Source: Usitatibacteraceae bacterium
GTDB taxonomy: Bacteria > Pseudomonadota > Gammaproteobacteria > Burkholderiales > Usitatibacteraceae
Assembly: GCA_044228625.1 (NCBI GenBank)
Contig: JBGAUM010000002.1
Coordinates: forward strand, 21,056-85,055
Direction of reading: 5' to 3'
DNA: 64,000 nt
This document shows, in pieces, positions 39,699 to 48,349 of the stretch. The translations under genes and the position numbers were made by a program. The notes under the pieces were generated by a model. It was not told where the DNA came from and did not search any database. It saw nothing but the letters and a program-made list of their open reading frames with translations. The first letter of the stretch is position 1. Each line of letters begins with the position of its first letter.

Positions 39699-40919
39699 TC
39701 ACGCGGCGATTCTATCCGCGGCACTCTTGCGCGCGCTTTCGGTGAGATATTGCATTGCGGCATCCACGCCACCCTTGTGATGGGCAATACCCGCAAGAGA
39801 CAAGCCCATTTCCACCCCGGCGACTGCGGCCAACACCGTGAGGTCGTTGGTGTCGCCCAAATGCCCGATACGGAATACCTTGCCCTTGAGCCGGCCCAGC
39901 CCCATGCCGAGCGACAGGTCAAAGTGTTCAAGGATCTTGCCGCGCAGGGCATCGGCATCCTGGCCCGCAGGGACGAATACCGCAGTGAGCGCCGGAGAAT
40001 ATTCCTCCGGATTCATTGCGACCAATTCCAGGCCCCAAGCCTTCACCGCGCGCCGCACCGCCTCGCCATGACGAACGTGGCGTGCAAACACATTCTGCAA
40101 TCCTTCCTCGTTCAGCATGTGGAGGGCTTCGCGCAATCCGAACAACATGTTGGTGGCAGGGGTGTAGGGAAAGTAGCCGGTCTTGTTGGACTCCAGCATG
40201 TCTTCCCAGTTCCAGAACGCGCGCGGCAGCTTGGCGTGCCTGGAGGCGGCCAGGGCTTTGGCGGAAACAGCATTGAACGACAACCCCGGTGGCAGCATCA
40301 ATCCTTTTTGCGAGCCGCCGACGGTCACGTCCACGCCCCATTCGTCGTGGCGGTAGTCCACGGAGCCGAGCGAGGAAATGGTATCCACCATCAGCAGGGC
40401 CGGATGGTTCGCGCGGTCGATCGCCTTGCGGACTGCCGCAATATTGGACGTCACCGCGGTGGCCGTTTCATTGTGGACCACGCAGACGGCCTTGATGGTG
40501 TGGGCTTTGTCTTCTGCAAGGCGCGCCTCAATGACATTGGCGTCCACGCCGTGGCGCCAGTCGGTGTCGATCAGTTCGGTGACCAGGCCCATGCGGGTGG
40601 CGAGCTTGTTCCAGAGCGACGCGAAGTGACCGGTTTCCACCATCAGCACCCGGTCTCCCGCGGAAAGCACATTGACCAACGCGGCCTCCCACGCCCCGGT
40701 CCCGGAGGCGGGATAAATGATGACTGGCTGCGCCGTCTGGAACACAGCCTTGATGCCATGCAGCACTTCGCGGCCCAGCACGCCAAAGGCCGGACCTCGA
40801 TGGTCGATGATCGGCATGTCGATGGCCCGCTGGATGCGGTCCGGGACGGGCGTGGGGCCCGGAATGTTCAAAAAGTGCCGCCCGGCACGGTGAGGTACAA
40901 GCGATGTTGATGCGGACAT
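39699..40919 (-). CDS. class V aminotransferase (serine-glyoxylate / alanine-glyoxylate type)
   Basis: The ATG at 40919 gives MSASTSLVPHRAGRHFLNIPGPTPVPDRI... The PLP-lysine context is GGSQKGLMLPPGLSF. Confidence 0.85.
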   Translation of the reverse strand: MSASTSLVPHRAGRHFLNIPGPTPVPDRIQRAIDMPIIDHRGPAFGVLGREVLHGIKAVFQTAQPVIIYPASGTGAWEAALVNVLSAGDRVLMVETGHFASLWNKLATRMGLVTELIDTDWRHGVDANVIEARLAEDKAHTIKAVCVVHNETATAVTSNIAAVRKAIDRANHPALLMVDTISSLGSVDYRHDEWGVDVTVGGSQKGLMLPPGLSFNAVSAKALAASRHAKLPRAFWNWEDMLESNKTGYFPYTPATNMLFGLREALHMLNEEGLQNVFARHVRHGEAVRRAVKAWGLELVAMNPEEYSPALTAVFVPAGQDADALRGKILEHFDLSLGMGLGRLKGKVFRIGHLGDTNDLTVLAAVAGVEMGLSLAGIAHHKGGVDAAMQYLTESARKSAADRIAA

Positions 40920-40993
40920 GGTCTTTTCCAAGGGGGTTTTCCGTACACTACGCAATTGTGCGCCGCGAAACCATAGCACCGGTCAATTCTTCG

Positions 40994-43993
40994 ATGTCCC
41001 AGATTCATTCAATACGCTTCATACCTCCGGCCAACCGCCATCCGCTCGCGGAACGGCTGGCACGCGAAGTGGAGGGCGATGTCCTGTTTGACGCGGCATC
41101 GCGGGGGCGCTATGCGACCGACGCATCGATCTACCAGATCATGCCGGTGGGGGTGGTGGTGCCCAAGACCCCCGAGGCCGCTCGAATTGCGGTGCAAATC
41201 GCGGTGGAGGCCGGCGTACCGGTGCTGCCGCGCGGCGGCGGAACTTCGCAATGCGGGCAGACGGTCGGGGCGGCGCTGGTCATCGACCACAGCAAGCACT
41301 TGAACCAGATGGTGTCGATGGACCCCGAGCAGCGGCGCGCCACGGTGCAGCCGGGGCTGGTGCTGGACCATCTCAATGCGCGGCTGAAATCGCACGGCCT
41401 TTGGTACCCGGTGGATGTCTCGACCTCGGCCCAGGCCACGCTGGGCGGCATGGCCGGCAACAATTCCTGCGGCTCTCGATCCATTGCTTACGGCAACATG
41501 GTGCACAACGTCGCAGGCATCGGCATGCTGCTGGCCGATGGGCGCGTGGCGCAGTTTGGCGAGGAGGGCGCCTGTACGGATCGCGCATTGGCCGCGCGTA
41601 TCCGCACCATTTGTGAGCGCGAGCGAGACGAGATCGCCCTGCGTTTTCCTCCGCTGCTTCGCCGCGTGGCCGGCTACAACCTCGACTGGGCGGCGCCTTG
41701 CGATCCGTTGAACTACAACAGCGCCGTCCCGAATCTCGCGCACCTGCTGGTCGGATCGGAAGGGACGTTGGGTGTATTCCAGACGCTGGACCTGAAACTC
41801 TCGCCCCTGCCGAAACACCGCGTGTTGGGCGTGGTGAATTTCCCCACGTTCTATCGCGCGATGGAAGTCACGCAGCACATCGTGACCTTGGGGCCGACCG
41901 CCGTGGAATTGGTGGATCGCACCATGATCGACCTCTCCCGGGAAAACCCGCTGTTCAGGCCGGTGATCGATGCGTCATTGATCGGTGAACCCGATGCCTT
42001 GCTGTTGGTCGAGTTCGCGGGCGACGACCGCTCCGCGTTGGAGAAGCGACTCGCCGACCTCGAAACGCTGCTGGCCGACCTTGGTCTACCGGGATCGGCG
42101 GTGAAAATGACGGATGCCGGCGCACAGAAAAAACTGTGGGATGTGCGCAAGGCCGGGCTCAACATCATGATGTCGATGAAAGGCGACGGAAAGCCCGTCA
42201 GCTTCATTGAGGATTGTTGCGTGCCGCTGGAACACCTGGCCGAATACACGCGGCGATTGACCGACGTGTTCACCAAGCACGGCACCAAGGGCACTTGGTA
42301 CGCACATGCATCCGTGGGCACATTGCACGTTCGCCCGGTGCTCGACATGCGGCGCGACGGCGCGACAAAAATGCGGGCCATCGCGGAAGAGGCGGCCGCG
42401 CTGGTCAAGGAATACAAGGGCGTGTATTCCGGCGAGCACGGCGACGGGCTGGTGCGCAGCGAGTGGATCGAGCCGTTCTTCGGGCCGCGCCTCACGGCGG
42501 TGCTCGGTGAGATCAAGGCCCTGTTCGACCCGAAGAACCTGATGAACCCCGGCAAGATCGTGTCGCCGCCCAAACAGGATGACCGGTCGCTGTTTCGATT
42601 TGCACCGGGCTACGCCACGCAGAATATTCAGACCGGCCTCGACTGGTCGAAAGAACTGGGGCTCGCGAGTGCCGTGGAGATGTGCAACAACAACGGCCAC
42701 TGCCGCAAATTCGATGCCGGCACCATGTGCCCGAGCTATCGCGCGACTGACGACGAACAGCACCTGACCCGGGGGCGCGCCAACACCCTTCGTCTCGCCC
42801 TTTCGAACCAGATGGATGGCGCGGGGATCGCGTCCGATGCAGTGCAAGAGGCGATGGACCTCTGCGTGGGATGCAAGGGTTGCAAACGCGAATGTCCCAC
42901 CGGTGTGGATATGGCCAAGATGAAGATCGAGGCCACTTATCAATTCAAGAAAGCCCATGGCTTTACGATCAAGGACCGGTTGGTGGCCTACCTGCCACGG
43001 TATGCCCGCTATGCCCCGATGTTCGCGTGGGCCTCGACCCTGCGAAATATCATTCCCGGAATGGCGGCACTGACGGAAGGATTCACCGGGTTTTCCGCCA
43101 AGCGCAAGCTGCCCGTCTGGCGGCGCGGATTGCTGGCCAGTGTCGGCGCCGCCAAATGGCAGGCAGCGATGCGCAAGGCGCGCGCTGAAAAGAGCGACGC
43201 GTACTTCGGCCCGGAACGCGATGTCGTGCTGTTCACGGATACCTTCGCCAATTACTTTGAGGCGCCGACCAAACTTTTTCCGGGGGCCAGCGTGGAAGCC
43301 GCAGCTGTCGTGCTGCAGCGCGCGGGCTACAACGTGGATTTGATTGGCGCGGCGACGGGCGACCGGCCGTTGTGTTGCGGCCGCACTTTTTTGGCGGCGG
43401 GCATGGTGGACGAAGCGCGGACCGAAGCGCGACGAACCCTGGACGCGCTGCTGCCCTATGTGCGGCGCGGCGTGCCCATCGTTGGATTGGAGCCCTCCTG
43501 CATCACGACGCTGCGGGATGAGTTCCTTTCCCTGTGGCCCGGGGAGGACGCGGAACTTCTGGCCAAGCAGTCCTTCCTGTTTGAGGAGTTCCTTTCACGC
43601 GAAAAGATGGAGGGCCGTCTCGATCCGGCACGTTTGCAGTTGCGCGCGCTGCCGGTGGAAGGCGTGCGCGTCCACGGGCACTGCCACCAGAAGGCCTTCG
43701 ATGTGTTTGAGCCGGTGGTCGAAGTACTCAAGTGGATTCCGGATCTGAAAGTCGAACCCATCGAATCGAGTTGCTGCGGCATGGCGGGTTCGTTCGGCTA
43801 CGACGCGAAACATCATGCGGTCTCCATGAAAATGGCGGAACAGGCGCTGTTGCCGGCGGTGCGCGGTGCGGGCGACAAGACCTTGATCGTGGCCGGCGGA
43901 ACCAGTTGCCGGACCCAAATCCTCGACGGTGCCAGCAAGCATGCTGTCCACCCCGCGGTGGTGCTTGCGGCCTCGATGGTGACCATGGCTTGA
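40994..43993 (+). CDS. FAD-binding and (Fe-S)-binding oxidoreductase, YdiJ-like (about 1000 aa)
   Basis: ATG at 40994. FAD_binding_4-type N-terminus (PRGGGTSQCGQ), GlcD-like GEHGDG, ferredoxin clusters (CNNNGHCRK..., CVGCKGCKRECP) and C-terminal CCG repeats (PSC..., SSCCGMAGSFGY). Confidence 0.85.
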   Translation: MSQIHSIRFIPPANRHPLAERLAREVEGDVLFDAASRGRYATDASIYQIMPVGVVVPKTPEAARIAVQIAVEAGVPVLPRGGGTSQCGQTVGAALVIDHSKHLNQMVSMDPEQRRATVQPGLVLDHLNARLKSHGLWYPVDVSTSAQATLGGMAGNNSCGSRSIAYGNMVHNVAGIGMLLADGRVAQFGEEGACTDRALAARIRTICERERDEIALRFPPLLRRVAGYNLDWAAPCDPLNYNSAVPNLAHLLVGSEGTLGVFQTLDLKLSPLPKHRVLGVVNFPTFYRAMEVTQHIVTLGPTAVELVDRTMIDLSRENPLFRPVIDASLIGEPDALLLVEFAGDDRSALEKRLADLETLLADLGLPGSAVKMTDAGAQKKLWDVRKAGLNIMMSMKGDGKPVSFIEDCCVPLEHLAEYTRRLTDVFTKHGTKGTWYAHASVGTLHVRPVLDMRRDGATKMRAIAEEAAALVKEYKGVYSGEHGDGLVRSEWIEPFFGPRLTAVLGEIKALFDPKNLMNPGKIVSPPKQDDRSLFRFAPGYATQNIQTGLDWSKELGLASAVEMCNNNGHCRKFDAGTMCPSYRATDDEQHLTRGRANTLRLALSNQMDGAGIASDAVQEAMDLCVGCKGCKRECPTGVDMAKMKIEATYQFKKAHGFTIKDRLVAYLPRYARYAPMFAWASTLRNIIPGMAALTEGFTGFSAKRKLPVWRRGLLASVGAAKWQAAMRKARAEKSDAYFGPERDVVLFTDTFANYFEAPTKLFPGASVEAAAVVLQRAGYNVDLIGAATGDRPLCCGRTFLAAGMVDEARTEARRTLDALLPYVRRGVPIVGLEPSCITTLRDEFLSLWPGEDAELLAKQSFLFEEFLSREKMEGRLDPARLQLRALPVEGVRVHGHCHQKAFDVFEPVVEVLKWIPDLKVEPIESSCCGMAGSFGYDAKHHAVSMKMAEQALLPAVRGAGDKTLIVAGGTSCRTQILDGASKHAVHPAVVLAASMVTMA

Positions 43994-44144
43994 TGGTAAA
44001 ACCCTAGGCCTGGCGCGGCGATTGAGCCGAAAATGGCCCGAAAACCTTGATGCGTCTTGGGTTTTCAAGATTTATCCCCAGATGAAGCCAATGACGTAGA
44101 GCAGTCGGTCATACTTCATCTTGCGGACTTTTCCTCATTCCTTC

Positions 44145-45806
44145 ATGCGCGTTTTTCTTGCCCTTCGCCAGTTGGCGGTTACCCGAGTTCAGTGGATCGC
44201 AATTGCCGCATTGTGGTTGTCGCTGGTTCCCAATCTCGCAACACTGGGCGCCTTTGCAAAGGCGCCGTCTGCGGGAGAGGGACTGCAGTGGCTGGCGTTT
44301 GTGGGCGTGGGATGGGTCTTCGTGTTTGCCATCAGCTTCATCGCCATGGCCTTGGTCGCGGCAATCTTTTGGGGGCGCGCACTCAAACCCGCCACCGCAA
44401 TCCTGCTGCTCGTCGCGTCAGTCCTGAGTTTCTTCACATTGTTTCTGGGCACCCAGTTCGATCGAACCATGGTGCTCAACCTCTTGCAAACGCACCAATC
44501 GGAAGCGCTGGAACTCGTGCATTGGCGGTTGATTGCCTGGGTTGCCTTGACTGGATTGTTGCCGGCGTGGGTCGCGCTACGGATCTCCCTCAAGTCAGAG
44601 CCGAAGTGGTGGCGGCAGTCGGGATTCGTCCTCCTGGGTTGCTTTGTCTTGTTGATCGTCACCTCGGCAGGCGTGTTTGCGCAATATTCGCGCTATGCGT
44701 CGGCGACGCGTAATCGTGCGATCACGTTTGACACCGTCGCGCCATGGAACCTGTTTGCCGCTTCAGTTCATTTGGCAGCGTCGCAGTGGGCGGCGCAAAC
44801 CGTGCGGGCGCCCCGCGGCCTTGACGCCAAGCAGGCCTACCTGCTGAAAAAGCCGCGATTGGTGTTTTTCCTGCTGGGAGAGACGGCCCGCGCGCAAAAC
44901 CATGGGCTCAACGGCTACGAGCGCGACACCACGCCGCGAATGAGGGCCGCAGGCGGCTATTACTTCCCGGACACAGAAAGCTGTGGCACGGCAACCTCGA
45001 TTTCGGTGCCGTGCATTTTTTCAGGCTTCGGGCGTGAAGCCTTCTCGCTCAAGAAAGGGTTGTCGAACGAGACGCTCATCGACGTCCTGCTTCGAGGCGG
45101 CGCTCAAGTTTGGTGGCGCGACAATGATTCGGGTTGCAAGGGCGTTTGCGAAAAGGCCGAGGTCATCGACCTCACCGGATCATCGGACCCACGCTGGTGT
45201 ACGGAAGCCGCAAACTGCTTTGACGAAATTCTTTTTGAAGGACTCGAGGAAAAACTCCGCAAGACCACGCGGGATACCCTCGTGGTGCTGCATCTCAAAG
45301 GCAGCCACGGCCCTGCGTACTACAAGCGTTATCCTGCGCGATTCGAGCAATTCGTCCCGGCCTGCAAGTCAAACGACCTGGCATCTTGTGACAACGCGGC
45401 TCTTCGCAACAGCTACGACAACTCGGTCCTGTATACCGACCACGTGGTGGGTGAATCCATCGAGATGCTCAAGCGCCTCGACAAGCAATTCGCCACGGGG
45501 CTGTTGTACGTGTCCGACCATGGCGAATCGCTGGGAGAAGGGGGGCTGTTCCTGCATGGGCTTCCCTATGCATTGGCGCCCAAGGAGCAGACGCGCGTTC
45601 CCATGTTTGCCTGGGTCTCCGCGGATTTTGTGAAGCTCGAAAACTGGGATGTGCGCTGCATGGCGGAACAGGTGAAGACTCCCCGGTCCCACGACAATGT
45701 CTATTCCACCATTCTTGGCTTGATGGAAATCGAAACTGCGGAATACAAGGTAGAACTGGACCTATTCGAGGCTTGCGACCGCGGAATCAACCATTTGAAA
45801 CGCTAG
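44145..45806 (+). CDS. eptA: lipid A phosphoethanolamine transferase (EptA/PmrC/MCR family)
   Basis: N-terminal 5-TM domain. The sulfatase-type domain has FFLLGETARAQN, the nucleophile context SCGTATSISVPCIFS, HLKGSHGPAYYKRYP, NSYDNSVLYTD and YVSDHGESLGE. Start is ATG 44145, or TTG 44121. Confidence 0.88.
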   Translation: MRVFLALRQLAVTRVQWIAIAALWLSLVPNLATLGAFAKAPSAGEGLQWLAFVGVGWVFVFAISFIAMALVAAIFWGRALKPATAILLLVASVLSFFTLFLGTQFDRTMVLNLLQTHQSEALELVHWRLIAWVALTGLLPAWVALRISLKSEPKWWRQSGFVLLGCFVLLIVTSAGVFAQYSRYASATRNRAITFDTVAPWNLFAASVHLAASQWAAQTVRAPRGLDAKQAYLLKKPRLVFFLLGETARAQNHGLNGYERDTTPRMRAAGGYYFPDTESCGTATSISVPCIFSGFGREAFSLKKGLSNETLIDVLLRGGAQVWWRDNDSGCKGVCEKAEVIDLTGSSDPRWCTEAANCFDEILFEGLEEKLRKTTRDTLVVLHLKGSHGPAYYKRYPARFEQFVPACKSNDLASCDNAALRNSYDNSVLYTDHVVGESIEMLKRLDKQFATGLLYVSDHGESLGEGGLFLHGLPYALAPKEQTRVPMFAWVSADFVKLENWDVRCMAEQVKTPRSHDNVYSTILGLMEIETAEYKVELDLFEACDRGINHLKR

Positions 45807-45860
45807 AGTTGACGACGGAGCGTTGAATCAGCCGAACCAACGCTTCGCCAATCGAAGGAC

Positions 45861-46343
45861 TTACTCGCTCAACGTCACGATCATGGCGTGAATGGCCTCA
45901 GACAGTTTTTTGCTGGCCAGTTCCGAGCACTGCTCTTTGGTTGCCATGGGCAGCGTGTCAAACGTGTTGGTGGTTTTGGCTGGCTTGAACAGCATCGTCT
46001 TGCCGTTGATCCCCAGCGGCAAGAGCATGACGCGCGCCGTCACCACACAAGCCTTGCCGGCGGTAAAGCCACCGCCGACCTCGGTCACAAAGCCCCATTT
46101 CTTGGGGGAATAGAGCTTTGCGGCCTTGGCGGGAATGTTTTCAATCCAACTGGCCTTCGCGGCATCTTTCGACAACAAGGTATCTGACGAGGCATCAACG
46201 ACAACATACGTTTGTGCGGGTTTTTCCTTGGGCTTCTTGGCCGCAGGCTTCGCGGCTTCAGGCGCTTTTGCAGGCTCATTGGCGGCAATGGCGCTGGTGG
46301 AGGCGATGAGCACGGCGGCGAGGAGTGCAAGTGTGTTTTTCAT
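45861..46343 (-). CDS. hypothetical secreted protein with a Lys/Pro/Ala-rich N-terminal linker
   Basis: 160 aa with signal peptide MKNTLALLAAVLIASTSAIA. It is co-directional with, and 97 nt downstream of, the SLOG-TM gene. Confidence 0.55.
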   Translation of the reverse strand: MKNTLALLAAVLIASTSAIAANEPAKAPEAAKPAAKKPKEKPAQTYVVVDASSDTLLSKDAAKASWIENIPAKAAKLYSPKKWGFVTEVGGGFTAGKACVVTARVMLLPLGINGKTMLFKPAKTTNTFDTLPMATKEQCSELASKKLSEAIHAMIVTLSE

Positions 46344-46440
46344 GGTTTCCCTGAGCAGACGAGTTGAGTGAGCGGCAAATCAATAAGCGAACAGTGTCGG
46401 GCAAACTGGCGTCACTGTCAAACCGGCGGAAGGCGGGGCT

Positions 46441-48174
46441 TTACCCGGAGACTTGGAACGCGTTTTTGCGGTGCATGAGCAGCCAACTCGCATTCTCGTC
46501 CAAGGCAAACTTGCCCAACGTGAACAGGCATTGCTCCTCGATGGCTTCGTTGCCTGCATTTCTTTCCAGCGTGGAGCGCGCATTGCGGAACAGCGCGCCC
46601 ATCAGTTCGTAACTCACCGACTGCTCGGCGTAGCCCATCGCTGAGGCATAGCCCTTGATCACGCCGCCCAGCAAGAAGAAGCTGGTTGAAAAGGCCGACG
46701 CCGCGATTTTGATGTGGACCGGCATCAACATCATGCTGGCAACGGCGGCCACGCCCACCAGCAACAACGCGCCCGTCAAGGCGACGTTGGCCAGAAGTTC
46801 GATGCGCCCCGCGGCAATCTTGCACTGCAGAGCCTTACCGGGTCTTTGCGTCGTACCGAGGTAGTACTGCTCCTGGCCGTCCACCCAGTACCGGCCGACA
46901 TCAATCCGGGACGGAACATAGGATGAGGGCGGCTCCCACTGCCAAAGGGGCGCCACCATGAACTGGATGTTTCGCAAGGCCTCGCGGACCCAGCCCACCT
47001 CGGTCTTGACCAGTTGCTGGTACTCCTCTGCAACGCCATGGTGGATGCCGGTGATCTGCCAGAAAAACTGGATGCGCAGACCCTCCGCGATCGCACGGTA
47101 TTCAATATAGCGGTCGCCGATTTGCGAGAGTGGCAGGCGAAAGATCGACAGGTAGAGGCCGTAACCCAATGCCGCCGCTGCACCATAGGCGATGAGCCAC
47201 AACATTTCTTTTTGCGTGGTGAAAGCAGCCTGAAAGAAGGCGCCCAAGACCACGGCAATTGAAACCACACGGACGGCAAGATCCCGCTTGCGTCGAAGCC
47301 GCACCGACACGGAATCCGCGTCGGCAAAGAAGCGAGCCAAGGGGCTGCCGATTTGGCCGAGGCGACCTTGCTCCTCGAGCGGCAGAAGCGACCGAATGCT
47401 GTTGGTATGGTTGGGTTCGTTGTCGATCCGGTTTTTTCGGGCGGCGACATTGAATCGCGAGAACTCCCTTGCCGATTTTCGATACGCCTTGTCCAGCTTT
47501 GACTCGGGAACGCGTTTGGGCTTGTGGTCCGGGTCACTCAGCCGGCGGACTGGAATGTGAATCAGCGAAGTGGTTTCGGGGCTGGAAAGCAAATCCGCGC
47601 TCAATGTAGGCGGACCATGGCGGCACAACTCGACAATCGCCGCGGTTCCATGATCTTCCCCGGGCTTGGCCGGCACGCCATCCCACAACGCAATGACCAG
47701 CTGTGCCTGGCGGACGATGAAAATGTTTTGCTCGCGCATCCGAGATCGATGCACTTCATCGGCCGACGTCGGTTCTTCCGCAGGCGTGGCTGCGGCGGGA
47801 ATCTCGATGACCCGCCAGCACTTGGCCTGATACTCGTCGAAACTGGCGCGCGCTGTGTCGTCAGTCATTGACGCTCTCACGTCTGCGGCCGCGCAAGGCA
47901 AAACGCCGACGACCGCCCAATTTCGGATCATCGCTTCATCCGCGACCAATCGGTCGGTGGGGCTTGTGAGTCCGGTCAACAGGATCAGCGGTGCCTCGCG
48001 CGCCGTTCGCTCCACGCGTCGAAGCGTGTCCCGAACGCGCGCCCGAATCTGGCTTTCGTCGTCCGGGACCAGGTTGTCATGACTGGTCACCGCCACCACC
48101 ATCGGGACCAGGGAGGCGTCCGCAAGCGCCTCGCGCAGGTCCGCCCGAACCCCGCTGATTTTTTCTCTTCGCAT
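46441..48174 (-). CDS. SLOG-like nucleotide-sensor domain fused to a 4-TM (2 x 2TM, SLATT-like) membrane module; candidate effector
   Basis: 577 aa. The N-terminal ~190 aa are Rossmann-like (VVAVTSHDN..., LILLTGLTSPTDRLVADEA, VGVLP, LVIALWDGVPAKPGEDHGTAAIVE). TM pairs are VRVVSIAVVLGAFFQAAF / MLWLIAYGAAAALGYGLYLSIF and LLANVALTGALLLVGVAAVASMM / IKIAASAFSTSFFLLGGVIKGYA. The first pair is followed by an amphipathic YIEYRAIAEGLRIQFFW-type helix. Confidence 0.7.
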   Translation of the reverse strand: MRREKISGVRADLREALADASLVPMVVAVTSHDNLVPDDESQIRARVRDTLRRVERTAREAPLILLTGLTSPTDRLVADEAMIRNWAVVGVLPCAAADVRASMTDDTARASFDEYQAKCWRVIEIPAAATPAEEPTSADEVHRSRMREQNIFIVRQAQLVIALWDGVPAKPGEDHGTAAIVELCRHGPPTLSADLLSSPETTSLIHIPVRRLSDPDHKPKRVPESKLDKAYRKSAREFSRFNVAARKNRIDNEPNHTNSIRSLLPLEEQGRLGQIGSPLARFFADADSVSVRLRRKRDLAVRVVSIAVVLGAFFQAAFTTQKEMLWLIAYGAAAALGYGLYLSIFRLPLSQIGDRYIEYRAIAEGLRIQFFWQITGIHHGVAEEYQQLVKTEVGWVREALRNIQFMVAPLWQWEPPSSYVPSRIDVGRYWVDGQEQYYLGTTQRPGKALQCKIAAGRIELLANVALTGALLLVGVAAVASMMLMPVHIKIAASAFSTSFFLLGGVIKGYASAMGYAEQSVSYELMGALFRNARSTLERNAGNEAIEEQCLFTLGKFALDENASWLLMHRKNAFQVSG

Positions 48175-48349
48175 GGGGCATTATGTGAATTCGCGGGCCG
48201 CAACGCAATGATGGGCAGTGAATGAAGACGCGCGTTGCTTGCAGTGTGGCCCTGCGTTAGGCATAGTAGGTGCGAATCTCTCAAGACTGGCTGACCGAGT
48301 CCGCCCAAATGGCCCGGATCGCGGCAGTCTGAAAGATGAAAGCCAAACG

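Noticed and set aside
44040-44080. Direct repeat cTTGATgcgtCTTGGg upstream of eptA as a possible PmrA/OmpR-type box
   Set aside because: The half-sites are degenerate, and the spacing (10 nt period) does not match the 6-5-6 PmrA box. The sequence alone gives no support.
48218-48349. GTG-initiated 44-aa N-terminal extension of the TPR-SLOG-cyclase ORF (contains CLQCGP)
   Set aside because: The extension is not helical-repeat-like and would leave only 43 bp for two divergent promoters. ATG 48350 is preferred but not proven.
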